Positions 29,067-42,351 of a stretch of DNA of 64,000 nucleotides are shown one piece after another. Origin of the DNA: Adineta vaga (lineage: Eukaryota; Animalia; Rotifera); contig CP075495.1 of NCBI GenBank assembly GCA_021613535.1, forward strand, positions 2,170,001 through 2,234,000, read 5' to 3'. How positions within the stretch are numbered: the stretch's first letter is position 1; every line of letters starts with the position of its first letter. Below the pieces are notes generated by a model. The model was not told the origin of the DNA, searched no databases, and saw nothing but the letters and a program-made list of their open reading frames with translations. Both the position numbers and the translations under genes were made by a program.

Positions 29067-29397
29067 CAGACTAGAAAAAAAATCTTTTGTTTCTTTTTCT
29101 ATTAATAAAGAACATAAAAAGAAGTCATCATCATCTTATAGATAATAATAATAAAACTACATATGTTCAAATCTGACCGGAATGAGTTGCTATAGATTTT
29201 AAAAAGTTACTTTTCTTTTCTTTTGGATGAGTTTTACACATCTTTCTTTTTCATTCTATTCTTCATCAAACACTCAGAAAGTAAAAAAAGAGAAAGAAAT
29301 GTAACTGTTTCTAAGTTACATTTACATGTTTTGAGAGTATTCTTTTTTCTTCTTTTTCGATGTCATTAGTCAAGGATTATTCTTCGAAGAAAACGAT

Positions 29398-31784
29398 ATG
29401 ACAGAATCTAATGATCTACATTCATTACTATCTCAATTAGAAGAACTTGAAAATTCAACAGATTATTTAACAATTATCAATACATTTGGTAATCATTTTC
29501 ATCGACAAATCAATGAACTTATTACAAAATGGATTGCAAATGAAGACTTATCAACGGATGAAACACGTTTCTTTGATTTATATTCTAAACTTCAATTATC
29601 ACCTGTCGAATATTGTCTCTTTCGTTCGGATACGACAGCAAATATTCCGACAATCATCGAACAGTTTCCTCGAAATTTATTTCAACGAACATCGACAGAT
29701 AAATTAACGGAAGCTGTCGAATATATTCGTGAAGAACATTTTAATTCACGTTCTGAAGATGATATTATTCTTGTTTATATTATGCGAATGATTGATGCAC
29801 GATCATATGCATATCGTTTACAAATGAATTATTCGAACGATATGCATCCGAGAACATTTTATGTTGAACTTTATGATGGTTTAGTACATCGTCATGGAAA
29901 AAAATATCTACACGATGTAAAATTATTCAATGAAACAAATGAGAAAATTGTTTTGACTAATCGTCATAAATTCTTCCTCGGATGTTCAACGTATGCTGTT
30001 GCTTTATTTCCCGAAAATCGTTATTTATTGAAAGATTCCAATGAAAAAACAACAAAATATATCAATTTATTGGCAAAATATGTTCGAGTGATGTTAAAAC
30101 AAAATCATTTCGAACAAAATTCATCGATTCTTTATTGTCTACGCGGTGTTTTAGCTTTATTAACAAATTGTGTACCAACAGAAAATTGGATTCATATTAT
30201 TAATAAAGCACTCGCTAATCCGAATGATATTGATGTACAACAAACAAATCCATTTAATTTGGATCTATTTTCTTCAATTGTTAAACGTTTATTAGGATCG
30301 AATATTATTCATGATAAGGCAATTCAATCAGATTCACATATTGTTACTTCATTAGTTGATGTTGCATTGATATTTTTATGTAAATGGTTTGGAACATTGA
30401 TCGATCGAGAAGATGATGAAGAAATACAGACGAAAAAAGAAGAACCAAGTGAAGTTCTTCAACTCTTACGTTTAAATAAACAATTCAATGATAAAATTAG
30501 TACATCGGAAATTATCTTTTCATATATTGATGCTAAATATGATCGTCTTCGATTTATGTCTGTTGCAATTCTTTCATCCTTAATGAGTTTTAATGATCTT
30601 GAAAAATTAAAAGAGAAAAATAATCATATTTGGAAAGATATTGTTACATTAATATTTCAATTTATTGATCAAGCAGTTGCTCATGAAAGAAAACAATATA
30701 AAGGAATATCATTCGATTTACTTTTATGTTATTTATATCGATTTCTTCTACAAGATGGTGTTAAAACAGAAACTGTACCATATATTTCACAAATAACACA
30801 ATATGCTACAGGAGGTGATCTAACTGCCTTAAAAGTTGCAAATGATTTATTTAATCGTGAATCGAAAATGTACAAATATGTTCAAGATATTCGTGAAAAT
30901 CTTAAACCAATAAAACCGAACAATAATTTAAGTAAAATAAAACAAAAACTCTACATTTAATTTTATCCTTTTTCTTATCTAGTTCCATATAAAAGTGAAG
31001 GTCGACAAGCATTTATTTCTTATTCACATGATGATGTAGAACAATGTAATCGTTTTCGTCGTATATTGGAAGATTCCGGTCTTTTTACTAAGATCTGGGT
31101 TGATTCAACACATATGGAAAAGAATATAATTGATTCTATTACACATGCTATTCGACAATCTGAAGTTGTCTTCGTTTTACTTAGTGATGCATATTGTCAA
31201 TCGTCAACCTGTCGACGTGAATGGAATTTTGCTGATACATATAAGAAAACAGTTTGTGCACTTGTTGTTCAAGAAAGTTTCAAACGAAGATCCTATGATT
31301 GGGTGACATTTCTTATTGAAACGGATCTTTATTACAAACTTCATGATAAAAATGATGTTAAACATTTACTTGAAAATCTTCGAAAGAATCGACATAAACT
31401 ATATCAAAAGTTGAGAAGAAACCATCAGAGAATTTGAATTCATCAGTAACAATTTTGACGACAAAAAATTCAACAAGCGATCGAGATAATTTAAATAAAC
31501 AACTTATCGCTGAATGGACACGTGATAATGTACAAAGTTGGTGTCGTGAAAATAAACTTAATCAATGGTGTCAACCATTAGCTCATTATAATGGTCGAGA
31601 TTTACTTGAATTGAATAAAGTTTTGAAGAAAGATGCATATCTACATCATGTGGCTACGAGTCATGATATTCCTCTACTTGATGTAATTAAATTTCGAGGT
31701 GAATTAAGAAAACTTATTTCAGAAACAATAACAACAACTACACCGATAATATCCACGAAAAAAACGATAATAAAACGTAATTAA
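29398..31784 (+). CDS. Helical/ARM-like + TIR + SAM domain protein; apparent frameshift between TIR and SAM
   Basis: Exon 1 29398-30931, exon 2 from 30983. TIR motifs AFISYSHDD, IWVD, LLSDAYCQSSTCRREWNFA. SAM-like EWTRDNVQSWC...YNGRDLLEL in the -1 frame. Confidence 0.8.
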
Positions 31785-31842
31785 TCGTTTATTTATTTTA
31801 ATTTTGTTCTCTTTTTTTTTGAAATAAAACATATAAGAAAAT

Positions 31843-32530
31843 TTAAAGAACGGATTCAATTGCTTTGGTGATTTCTTCATCCGTCGGTTTTACTCGACTA
31901 TTCCATGCAGCAATTAAGTGACCTTGTCGATCGATCAAATATTTATGAAAATTCCATTGAGGTAAAATGTCTTTACCACCAGCATCAATAATCCATTGAA
32001 AAACTTCACTTGGTTTATCTTTATCTTGCTTAGTTGTTAATGGAAAATTTGTTTTAAATTTACTTTCATATAATGAACAAACTTGTGGTTCATCACCGGG
32101 TTCTTGTTTACCGAAATTATTACATGGAACACCCTAAACAAACAAATTTAATAATTTTCACTTTCATTCGATTCAAATCATTCATTCCTACCAAAACAGT
32201 AAAACCTCGATCTTTATATTTATCTTGTAATTCTTGTAATGTATATAATTGTGGTGTATATCCACATTCACTTGCTGTATTCACAAGTAAAATAACTTTG
32301 CCACGTAATTGACTCATATCGAGTGGTTGACCTTTGATATCATTAAATTGACGTTCATAAAATGATGGTCGACTAGCTGCATCATTGATGTTGGTATGAC
32401 GTGCAGTGAAAAGGGATTTACCGAATTGAAGAAGACTAGCCATGTGTTCTTGTCCTTTGCTATTGAATAAAAATGCGGTAGCTAAACAGACAATGGAAAG
32501 ACAGAATATGGTACTTATTTTGAAAGACAT
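31843..32530 (-). CDS. Cys-type glutathione peroxidase family protein with N-terminal hydrophobic leader (intron 32191-32134)
   Basis: GKVILLVNTASECGYTPQ, LGVPCNNFGKQEPG, WNFHKYLIDRQG. Cys rather than Sec at the active site. Confidence 0.93.
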
Positions 32531-32887
32531 TTCTTTTTATATAGAAAGACAAAAAGGACGCAAAATGACGTAGTCGAACTTTATCACAAAAGTTCGGTTA
32601 TGTAAAGAAATGACGCAGCAAAAAATAACTATGTGTTGTCACTTCAAAAACAAAATGATAATAAATAAAAAAGAAAGGCGTATAAAAAATCCTTTTCCGG
32701 ATTGGTTATATTTTTAGAAGATTTAGATGGTGCTAGTTAACAGTCTGTTTATCTTTTAATTATTATTCTTATGTCAATTGAATACTCAAGATCGATCATA
32801 CTTGATGATCTTATGATAAGATCAATATTTGAAATGAGAATCATCGAAAAATTTTAAATACATATTTATTCTTAATTCTTTCAATAG

Positions 32888-33009
32888 ATTATTCAGATGA
32901 AACAAATGCAGAATGTTCATTAACTCCCATTGATTCTGCACGTTTTATAATGGAACGTGCTCGACATTTTTCAACACATCTATCATCTTTACAAAAACTC
33001 GCGACAACC
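32888..33009 (+). pseudogene. Isolated exon resembling the N-terminus of queuosine salvage protein (C9orf64/QNG1)
   Basis: AG...GT-bounded segment reading LTPIDSARFIMERARHFSTHLSSLQKLATT, compared with human [29 protein letters not shown] (from memory). No downstream exons recognised. Confidence 0.5.
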
Positions 33010-35117
33010 GTATTTTCTCTTATAGGTGATTCTATTTCGGGAAACTCTCGATAAGATGACATCTTCTAATTGTCTTCAATATGTACTATATTTTCGATGG
33101 CTAAAATATTTAGAAGATTAGACGTTATTTAAGAAAAAAATTATTATTATTATGCGTGGTTAGTTTTCTCAATACAGCACCATTGTGTACATGATCTTAT
33201 CAGTGTTACTTTGAACATTCTTATCATGTACTCATTGTTTTTAGATGAATGCTTATTAGTGGCACATTTTCTTAAAATAATCGATAAAACTATGTCAATG
33301 AGTTCACTGATAAAGGACGATTAATCTCTCTTTGTTCAATTCATTATTTTATTGACAATAAACTTATATAGGTACCGACAATGGTTTTCGCTCATCAGCA
33401 AGATATTCACTCTATTACATACTGTGATGTCACTGAAATATTTTCTTATTTAGTAATCGATATCAGCTGTGGTATTTTATATCATATCGTTAAACTCGAT
33501 TGTTATTTTGTTATTCAATAGAAAACAAAACTAATCCAACAAATAATTGAACGTATCAAAGATAAATATTGTTTTTCTTTTGACTCATTGATTTGACCTT
33601 CAATCATATGATTTATAAGTTCAATATTATGCGTGATGATATACGATCATATTCACAACGAACATTTGTGAGTCGCTTATCAGTTCTCAATAGTGAAGAG
33701 AAATTTTCACAATGTTCGCCTCATCTCTGTCTGTCTGTTCATATCCTCAAGCTATGTACATATATAGAATAACGAGAGAAGAAAAAGCAATCGAAAGAGA
33801 AAGAGAAAAAGAACGTTTATCATTCATTCACTAGTTCATTGGTGTTGACAACACTTTTCTTTCCTTTTCATATGTATTAAAGCGAGATAACTGTTGTAAC
33901 TAGAATCTATTTTCTTGATGATCAGGTGAGAAGAAACAACTATTTAAAGATATATTAACTTAACTTCATAGAAGAATGTTAAACTTTCGATTACAAAAAA
34001 ATGTTCTCGGTAAATAGTCGTTCGATCTAGTAGTTTCCTCCTTCAACATCGATTACATATAGACTTGTATATATATGTGTGTGTGTATGTGCGCGCGCGT
34101 CCGTCATTGATTAGTCTACATTGCTTGAACTGTAACTTATTCTTTTTTCTTGGTTAGAACAGTGTATGATGATATCTAATTAATATCAACATCAGTCTAG
34201 TATATTCTTTCGAGTTGAATTGAAGAGAAATAGGTGGTGAGTTTATTTTCTTTCTTTTTGATACATCGAAAAGTTCAACGAGCCGATAATATGTAATTTG
34301 ACCGTATAACTATTATAATACTTCTTTCTCTCTCTTTCTCGGTTTTCTTATTTTGTTGAATGAGAACGATGAACAGTTGAGAAGGTGGCAATCATTTATT
34401 GAATTTGTTCATGTTAAGCGTCTTAACAGAAAGCAAGCAAGTACGATCTTTTGCTCACAGGTGCCATATAGTTATCAGTATAACTGATGATCACCTAAAG
34501 CTAGAGAAGAAGAAGAACAAGCCTTGAGGAATGTATAGATGTATTCATTTCATCGTCTTTCTGTTACATAATCAGCTGAATAGTAGTATCGATATAAGTC
34601 ATTCATCAATGTAGAAAGGCTGGTGCTAGTGATCTAATCTCGTTGTTGGCATTACTCGCATTCATTTTTTTCTTTCTCAATCGAACGAATACATTTATAT
34701 AGACATAGAGATCAAAATAAATGTCTTATTAGAAGAAAGTAAAAACTAGAACGATTCCATCTGTTAATATTATTCATCATTATAGAACATATGAGTTTAA
34801 TAAATGATTCGGTTTTTTTGTTATGCTTTCGTTATTGAAATATCAAGATTCTTTCTTACTCATTTTGCCCTATAATTGTTCCTTCACGTTTTCTATTGAT
34901 TCTTTGACGATGATTATTGCTACCGATGAAAATTGTTCGTAATATTTACAGTTCGCTCTATACCTGCAGTTATTCTCGTCCTTTTCTTTTCATTCCTATA
35001 ACCACCTGCAAAGGATATATATGTATTAAATCATTCAAACATTAAATATCTTGTATGATTATATATGTATGTATGTATGTATGTGTGTGTTTTGTCTTTG
35101 CATTTATCTTATAGATA

Positions 35118-37690
35118 ATGAAAAGCTTGACTATTCTAAATCAACCTTCTTGTGAATCTCCTCGATCGGTTTGTTTCATTACTTAAGAATTTTATTTGAT
35201 CCTAATCAATTTCTTTTCTTTCTAGCTTATGTCGGACGTTATCGACAGTAGTTCAAGTGCAAGTACAAGTGAATCCAGTCGTAGTTCAAAATCACTTCTT
35301 CAATTGATTACATGGTAAAGTTCAATGAAATTCTTGAAATTCGATGTTTTATTCAACCTTTTTCTTCAGTCCAATTTGTCTGGAAATCTTTCGTGAACCA
35401 TTACAATTACCATGCCAGCATACATTTTGTAAATCATGTCTCGAACGAATTACGGATGATCGTTGGGGTCGATGTAAAATTATATGTTGTTACTAACCAA
35501 TTTCATCTTACATTTTTTGTTTCAATGTATATAATATAGGTCCTGTTTGTCGTGGCTGTTATCGTGTACCATTCGCCGGTGTTGGCTCATTCGAAGTGAA
35601 TCGAACAATTGTCAATCTTTTAGAAAGTCTTCCACATACGGAATCAAGACCGATGTTAAAAGCGAAATGTGCATTTTGTAAATTAGAAGATACAATTACA
35701 GTAAAACGAGATTTGATGACAAAAGAAAACACAAAAGTTGATGCTATTTTCGATTAGGCTTGTGAACATTGTCGTGAAGCCATATGTCGTAAATGTCGTC
35801 GACAACATTATGATGATTTTTGTAAGTATATTACGACGAAATTAAATGAAACTCAACAAGAAACAGAAAAGTTAATTGCAAAAGAAGGTAATCATCTCTA
35901 AACAGAGAGAAATTTCGTTGATTAAAATTTTATTTTTCGATTACTAAAGTGGAAAATATTAAAAATCATGAAGAAAATGTTCGTCAATCGGATGACATTG
36001 CTGATGTTATTCGTAGTAAAGTAGCAAATTTGATTGAAAAAATCAAACAAGAAGAAACGAAATTATTGCATAATGTTCAAGAATTTCGTAATGCTGAACA
36101 GAGGTAAATCTTTCTTTTCTTTTTTCGAAAATAGTCAATTGTCTTTTAGATTAATTGATGAGAAAAATGTTCGTCTACAAGATCTTTCAACAATTAATCA
36201 ATTTTGTTCAATTTCACAAGAGAAATTACGAAAGTAAATCAATTTTCGTGAGAATTAATCAAAGAATTCTACTCTATTTTATATAGTAAAGAAGAAACTG
36301 ATCAAGAAGCAGTTGAAATTCGCCAAAAATGTGAGGATTATGTTTTGAATATCAATGATCTTCAAAGTCAAGTACTTTTCGTTAAAACACCTATTCGTCG
36401 AGTAAGTTCAATGATTTCGTTCTTTTCCTCTTGTACATACATGTATGTCAACATATATTGTAGATTTCATTCTTTAATCGAGATATATCATCCGACTCTA
36501 TTTCATTGGGTTTTGTGGAAATTGGTTTAACACTTGAACCTATTGAAACATCTGTACAACTTTCATCGATACCGATCTCATCAGCATCATCATCATCAAA
36601 AAGTGATCCAATACCGACAGCACCTTCAATTGATGTAGATTTACAACAATGTCCTAAACAACTCTTTCATTGTTTAAGTGCAACATTATTACAACAACAA
36701 ACAAATGAAAATCCAAATGGTCCATCTCCATCGTATCGTTCAAATGTATCAATATCGGAAAATAATGGCTGTTGTCGACAACAACAATCACAAAATCATC
36801 GAAAAGCACCACGTATTATTGGTAAACGAGGAACACGTGAAACAGAATTTATGCATCCATCATCATTAGCTTATTCGAAACGAGATCAACTAATTTGTAA
36901 GATAAATTAACATTTGAAAAGAATTCTTCTATCTCTCTCTCTCTCTGTAGATGTATGTGATACTTATAACAATCGTCTTGTAACATATAATATTGATGGT
37001 GTTTTTCAACAAGTTTATAATGATACAACAGAAACAGGTGAAATACGATTTTATCACCCATATGCTGTTCATATCGATTCAGATAATCGACTTTATTTAA
37101 TTGATCAATCTGAACGACGTATAAAAGTATTCAATCGGGATTTTAAATTAATTCGTGTTATTGGACAATATGGTCGAGATGTTGGTCAATATTCTGCCCC
37201 ATGTGATTTATGTACCAATGAACAAAAATATATCTTCGTATGTGATGCAGGTGGTCATCGAATCTTAAAATATAATGAACAAGGACAATTTCTTCTTGCT
37301 TGGGGTGGACTTGGTACTGATCATGGACAATTTAAATGTCCGGCTTGTGTTTGTATACTTACGGGAGATCGATTAGCTGTATCGGATTGGGGTAATGATC
37401 GAATACAAATATTTAATAGTGAAGGCGATCATTTATTGTCAATTGGACAACGTGGTAAACTTCTATCGGAATTTTCTCGTCCATTAGGTTTAGCATATGA
37501 GGAAGGAACAGATCGATTATTTGTCTGTGATGAAGGAAATAATCGTGTTACAATATTCAATCATGATTTTACGGTTGCTGAACTTGTACATTCAAAAATA
37601 GGCTTTCATGGACCCTATGATATATTATTACTTAAAGATGGTCGAATTATGATTTCTGAACATCGCGCACATCGTTTACAAATTATTTAG
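35118..37690 (+). CDS. TRIM-NHL protein (RING, B-box-like, coiled coil, NHL repeats), about 10 exons
   Basis: RING CPICLEIFREPLQLPCQHTFCKSC...CPVCR; CAFC...CEHCREAICRKCRRQH; NHL repeats such as GQFKCPACV...VSDWGNDRIQIF. Confidence 0.92.
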
Positions 37691-38010
37691 ATTCTTCGTG
37701 ATTCTTTTTCCTTGTTTAAGACGAATTTGTTTTTATGAAAAGTCAGATGTGCGTTTAAATTAGAGTGACATAGCGTTTGTTTTGTATATTTGATTTTTTA
37801 AATATTCCTTTCAATTCAATAAAAAATCATATTTAAAATAATAAAATCAAATAAAACTTGCATGTTATATAGATTAGGTATGATCTTATTCTTTATCTTT
37901 CTTCGAGTACAGAGGATATTTCAATCATGAATTTATTAGAATCATTTTTGAGTAAAGAAAAATATCATTATTTTCACTATTTTATTACATTAGATAATGG
38001 AAAACGAAGT

Positions 38011-38970
38011 CTATAATTTGTGATAATAGATAAGTTCACCTGCTTCGCCTGGTGCTGATTGTTCACTTGGAATGAAAAGCGTAACAATTAATATACGTTC
38101 ACCTTTCCATGTACTAATTGTGAATGTTGGATTTGCAAATGCTTGACTACCTCCATCTGTAACAATCGATACTTGATCAGCATTACCTGTCTGAGGATCA
38201 AATACAAATGTACGCCAAGTACCAAAATCATGCGACTTATACTGTCCTTCGATAGTTGTGAATGCATAACCATCGAAATCAGAAAGTGAATCTCGATCGC
38301 CAATATTACCTTGTACACCATAATGAAGTAATGCATTATCAACATTAGGTTGTTTTCGAATTTGAACCCATATATTGAAATTTTTCAATGTTGCTCGAGC
38401 TTGACGATCAACAACACAATTATCATAAAAATGAAAACCAACATCGATATTACTCAATGTTGGTTGACCATAGATATTCGGTGTACCTTCTGCACAACGA
38501 GATAATGTACGTGGAACAGAGTAATTTTTTGACGATATCCCAGATTGTAAATCAAGCCAAGTTGAATAAAAAGAAAATTGTATATGATTATTTGGTTCTT
38601 GTTCCCATGCAATGATATAACCTTGTGGTTGATCAATTGGTACAGCAATCGTTGGTTGAGAACCAAAATAAGCTAATTCACGAAGCCATGTCCAAGTGAA
38701 AAGATCATCAGATACAGCTAAATTAACTCTTGGTATATTGTTAATATAAGTATGATAGACACCAATAAATTGTTCAGTATCCGTTCGTTTGATAATCTTT
38801 ACACAATCCATTGTATTTCCAAGATGATCACGTGAAGCATACCGACGTCCATTAGCACCACGTACATCAGCTATCAACGATACAAGCTTATGTCGGGCAT
38901 CATCCGATGGTGTTTGTGCGTAAGCAACATACGCAATACAGCCTACCAATACAAAGATTAATGTCCACAT
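38011..38970 (-). CDS. Intronless secreted protein resembling a bacterial (actinobacterial-type) hypothetical family; HGT candidate
   Basis: 319-aa ORF with a signal peptide. Motifs MDCVKII, GVYHT, SDDLFTW (Asp-box-like), SQPTI, AEGTPNIY, GNIGDRD, AFANPT, GEAGELIYY. The family assignment is from recall. Confidence 0.75.
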   Translation of the reverse strand: MWTLIFVLVGCIAYVAYAQTPSDDARHKLVSLIADVRGANGRRYASRDHLGNTMDCVKIIKRTDTEQFIGVYHTYINNIPRVNLAVSDDLFTWTWLRELAYFGSQPTIAVPIDQPQGYIIAWEQEPNNHIQFSFYSTWLDLQSGISSKNYSVPRTLSRCAEGTPNIYGQPTLSNIDVGFHFYDNCVVDRQARATLKNFNIWVQIRKQPNVDNALLHYGVQGNIGDRDSLSDFDGYAFTTIEGQYKSHDFGTWRTFVFDPQTGNADQVSIVTDGGSQAFANPTFTISTWKGERILIVTLFIPSEQSAPGEAGELIYYHKL

Positions 38971-39287
38971 ACTGAATGCGTTTATCAGACGAACGATACA
39001 TTAGTAGATATATGTAAAGAAACGAATAACAGCTGAAATGTTTTCTCACACCTAATATTTGCACTCGAACGACTTGAAATCGAAAAACAAATTGAAACAT
39101 TTGATGAATCAGAAACGAGATTTTAAAATTATTTGATAATGATAAATGAAAAATGTTTAATCAAATTTTTCTTTTCTCAAAAGAATATAAATAATCGAAG
39201 ACAAAAACCATATTTTATAAAGTGCAAGGAAAGAAGAAATAAAAATAATTATGACGCAGAGAAAAACTCGCTATAGAGTGAAATGAA

Positions 39288-41235
39288 TTAAACTGAAGAT
39301 GGATTATTATTAGTACGTTGTAAAAGTAGCTGCCAAGCATGTTCAACTTGTTTTTGAGTAACACTTTCAGCCCAATAAGTACAAAGAAGAACATTAGCAT
39401 ATGGAAATCGATCTTGATTAGACATTTGAGCATTTAAACGACGTTTTGCTTCTTCAGACGGCAGATGATCTCGTTCGATGACACGTCGAATAGCCTATAA
39501 ACATATTTTCAAATAAACAACAGACCAATATATTATAGATCGATTACTTCTTTTGGAGGAATTGATGCAATCCATATTTCATTTACTGCAACAGTCCATT
39601 TGGCTTCAATTAATACAGCTGCATCGAGTACAATGATATGTTTACCTAATAGAATTAATTTGAAATTTTTATTTTAAATATAAATTTTTTGTATACTACC
39701 TTGTTGGAAGAAATTTTCAATACGTTCTTGTGCTAGGTTTAATATTGCTGGCCAAACAATATCGGTTAATTTCCTCAATTCATTAGGCGCTTGAAAGACT
39801 TTTTTACCGAGTATTTTTCGATCGATTGAACGATCAATAGGATTAATAATATCTTCACCGAATGTTTCAATAACTTTTCTATAGGCATCAGTATCTACTT
39901 TATACGTTTCATGACCTAGTTTATCACAGTCAACAATAGCAGCACCAAGTTTCTCCATGCGACGAGCGATACTTGATTTTCCTGAACCTATGCCACCAGT
40001 AAGACCAATTATATACGGACGATTTGGTTCGTTTGCTTTCTAGAATACAAAATGAATAAGAAGACATTTAACATTACGAATAAATAATATACTAGTGGTG
40101 ATTTAAGAAGAATACTAAGCATTTGTCGTCGAAATGTTGTAGAACTTAATTTATTATCTCCATCTTGATTATCATCATTAGCTGGTACCATAGGTACAAT
40201 ATGAACTGATAATTGAGAGAGACCATTCTCTGCTCTTTCTTTATTCACTTGTAAAGCACCTTGTTTAGTTTCATCCGTAACAATAATACACTAAATCAAC
40301 ATATTACATTCATTACAAGAGAAGAAAAATCTTACATTTAAATCGGGCATAGTCGCAGATGGTCCACAGGGATCTTCAATTGGTTCACAATGAACTTGAA
40401 GACTAGGCCGAATTAAATCAACAAATGAACGAACATTTGATATACGATCAGCAACTGGTTCGATCACTTCTCCTAACAACTGTACAAATAACTTTATATT
40501 TGTAACTAACAGACAATTGTATATAACATACTTTATTCTGTATCATAACACCATCAGTAATACCAACAACAATCTTCTCATCACAAAGTAAAGCACTTTC
40601 AGTGAGTAATAATTTGTGTCCATTATGTAATCTATCAAATGTACCTGAATACAAAAGGCAAAAACAATCAATTTGATCTTCATCAAAATGAACTTACCGC
40701 CTAGCACTCCTCGATTATATTGACTTGTAGATTTATCACTAAACAAGTCATGATCAAATGAAGATAGATTATCTCCTGATTGATCATCTTTCGTATCTTT
40801 TTCATCAATTGTACGAAGTTCAAAATCTTGATCTAATTGATAGAAATGATCTCGACAGTAGTTATATAATCCTGGTGATGGTGAACAATCAGCGAAAACG
40901 ACTTGGCATAGACGAGGTAATCGTAATGGATTCGATGATTTGATGACAGAATCAACATTATGAAGTAGAATATCAACGGAAGGATTCTTTGTTGCTGGTA
41001 ATTGTTTGTAAATTGCATGTAACATAGGACGTATACGTTGTTTTTGTTGTTCCGAATCGACGTTTTTTTCTGACGTTGTTGTTGATAATTGAGCATTCGG
41101 ATTTTGAACAATAATATAAAGATTTCGTTCAACATATGGAATGACTGCAGATAGAATCGATGGAATACGTGAACGAATTGGATTGGTTATCAACAGAAGA
41201 GCCGTTTGAAATCGTCGAATATTTTTATCCGTCAT
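39288..41235 (-). CDS. COASY: Bifunctional CoA synthase (PPAT + dephospho-CoA kinase), 7 exons
   Basis: GVLGG|TFDRLHNGHK, KLSSTTFR, IIGLTGGIGSGKSS, DCDKLGH, LDAAVLIEA. The first ATG is at 41235; the ORF-track start at 41253 is TTG. Confidence 0.95.
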
Positions 41236-41583
41236 AATGAAATGTCTATGCAATCAACAACAATGAATCAATCGAATAAATATTCTCAAATCAAGAAAAT
41301 AATACTATGGTCTAACTCCACAATATTATCTAAAATAAAAGTACTTTTTCAATATCTGTCATTATCTCATCTCATGAATTCAAACATCGATCAATCTAAA
41401 TGGGTTATCTTTTTTTTCTATTTTTATTTATTTTTATTTCAAAAGACAAGACAACATCATCTATTGCACATAAAGATCAAAATATTGGTGAGAAGAAAAA
41501 AACTCTAAAGGTATGTATGTTTGATCGAAATGATAAATATAAATCGAAGAATAAAAAGGAATGCAATCTAATATGAATGTTAT

Positions 41584-42317
41584 CTATTCCAGTGATGTTA
41601 ATGTTGTAAGTTGTTTTAAAACTTTAATTTGACTTGTTTCTCGAATTTCACCTGCAAGAAACATTTCATCAACGACTGAATAAACCTAGAAAGAGAAATC
41701 ATCATCTAATTGCATGAAAATGATAATAAAAAAAAACGTAAGTCTTACTTTATAAAAGTTGAAGACTAAATCTAATTCGCAGACATTATGAAAAAATCTT
41801 TGAATAAAAAGAAAAAGAAAGAAATTTTTCAATCGAGACATTTTTAATCTATTTTACTCATTGAGAACTTCGACAAAGTTATGAATGGCTTCCAGATAAG
41901 CTAAATTATTATCATTAACATCCACACAAATGCAAAAGTATAAGCCAGCATAACGACGATAGACTATTTTAAAATTACGAAACTAAACGAAAAAATACTA
42001 TCGATCAATTTCATAAATGTACACACAATCATACTTCGACAAAACTAAAAACGAAGAAAACAAGTTTTTTTTAGTTTTTGCTAAATAAAGAAATGTCTCT
42101 TTTTCTAACTAACTTACTTTGTATGTTTTGCATCTCGAACAGTAACTAAAGCATGAACTTCTTCAATTAATTTTTGTTTTTCATCATCATGAAAGTTCAT
42201 AAACCTATAAGAAAAAATAAATGGTGAAAATCTTTTCAAAAAAAAAACCTTTCTACTATACCATTTAGCTAGACGAGTTTTTCCAGCACGATTCTGAATA
42301 AGAATAAATCGAATCAT
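41584..42317 (-). CDS. AP2S1: AP-2 complex sigma subunit, 6 coding exons including a 10-nt microexon
   Basis: [19 protein letters not shown]...[26 protein letters not shown]...[15 protein letters not shown]...[11 protein letters not shown]. Confidence 0.97.
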
Positions 42318-42351
42318 AATTGATCTGAAAATACAATGAAAAAATATCGAA

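Noticed and set aside
13142-29182. Recurrent GACCGGAAT at about 13143, 19226 and 29174
   Set aside because: Too short, with no shared flanks, TIRs or target-site duplications to call a mobile element.
34066-35090. (TA)n/(TG)n/(CG)n and (TATG)n microsatellites
   Set aside because: Short, ordinary simple repeats; no CRISPR-like or satellite array seen anywhere in the window.
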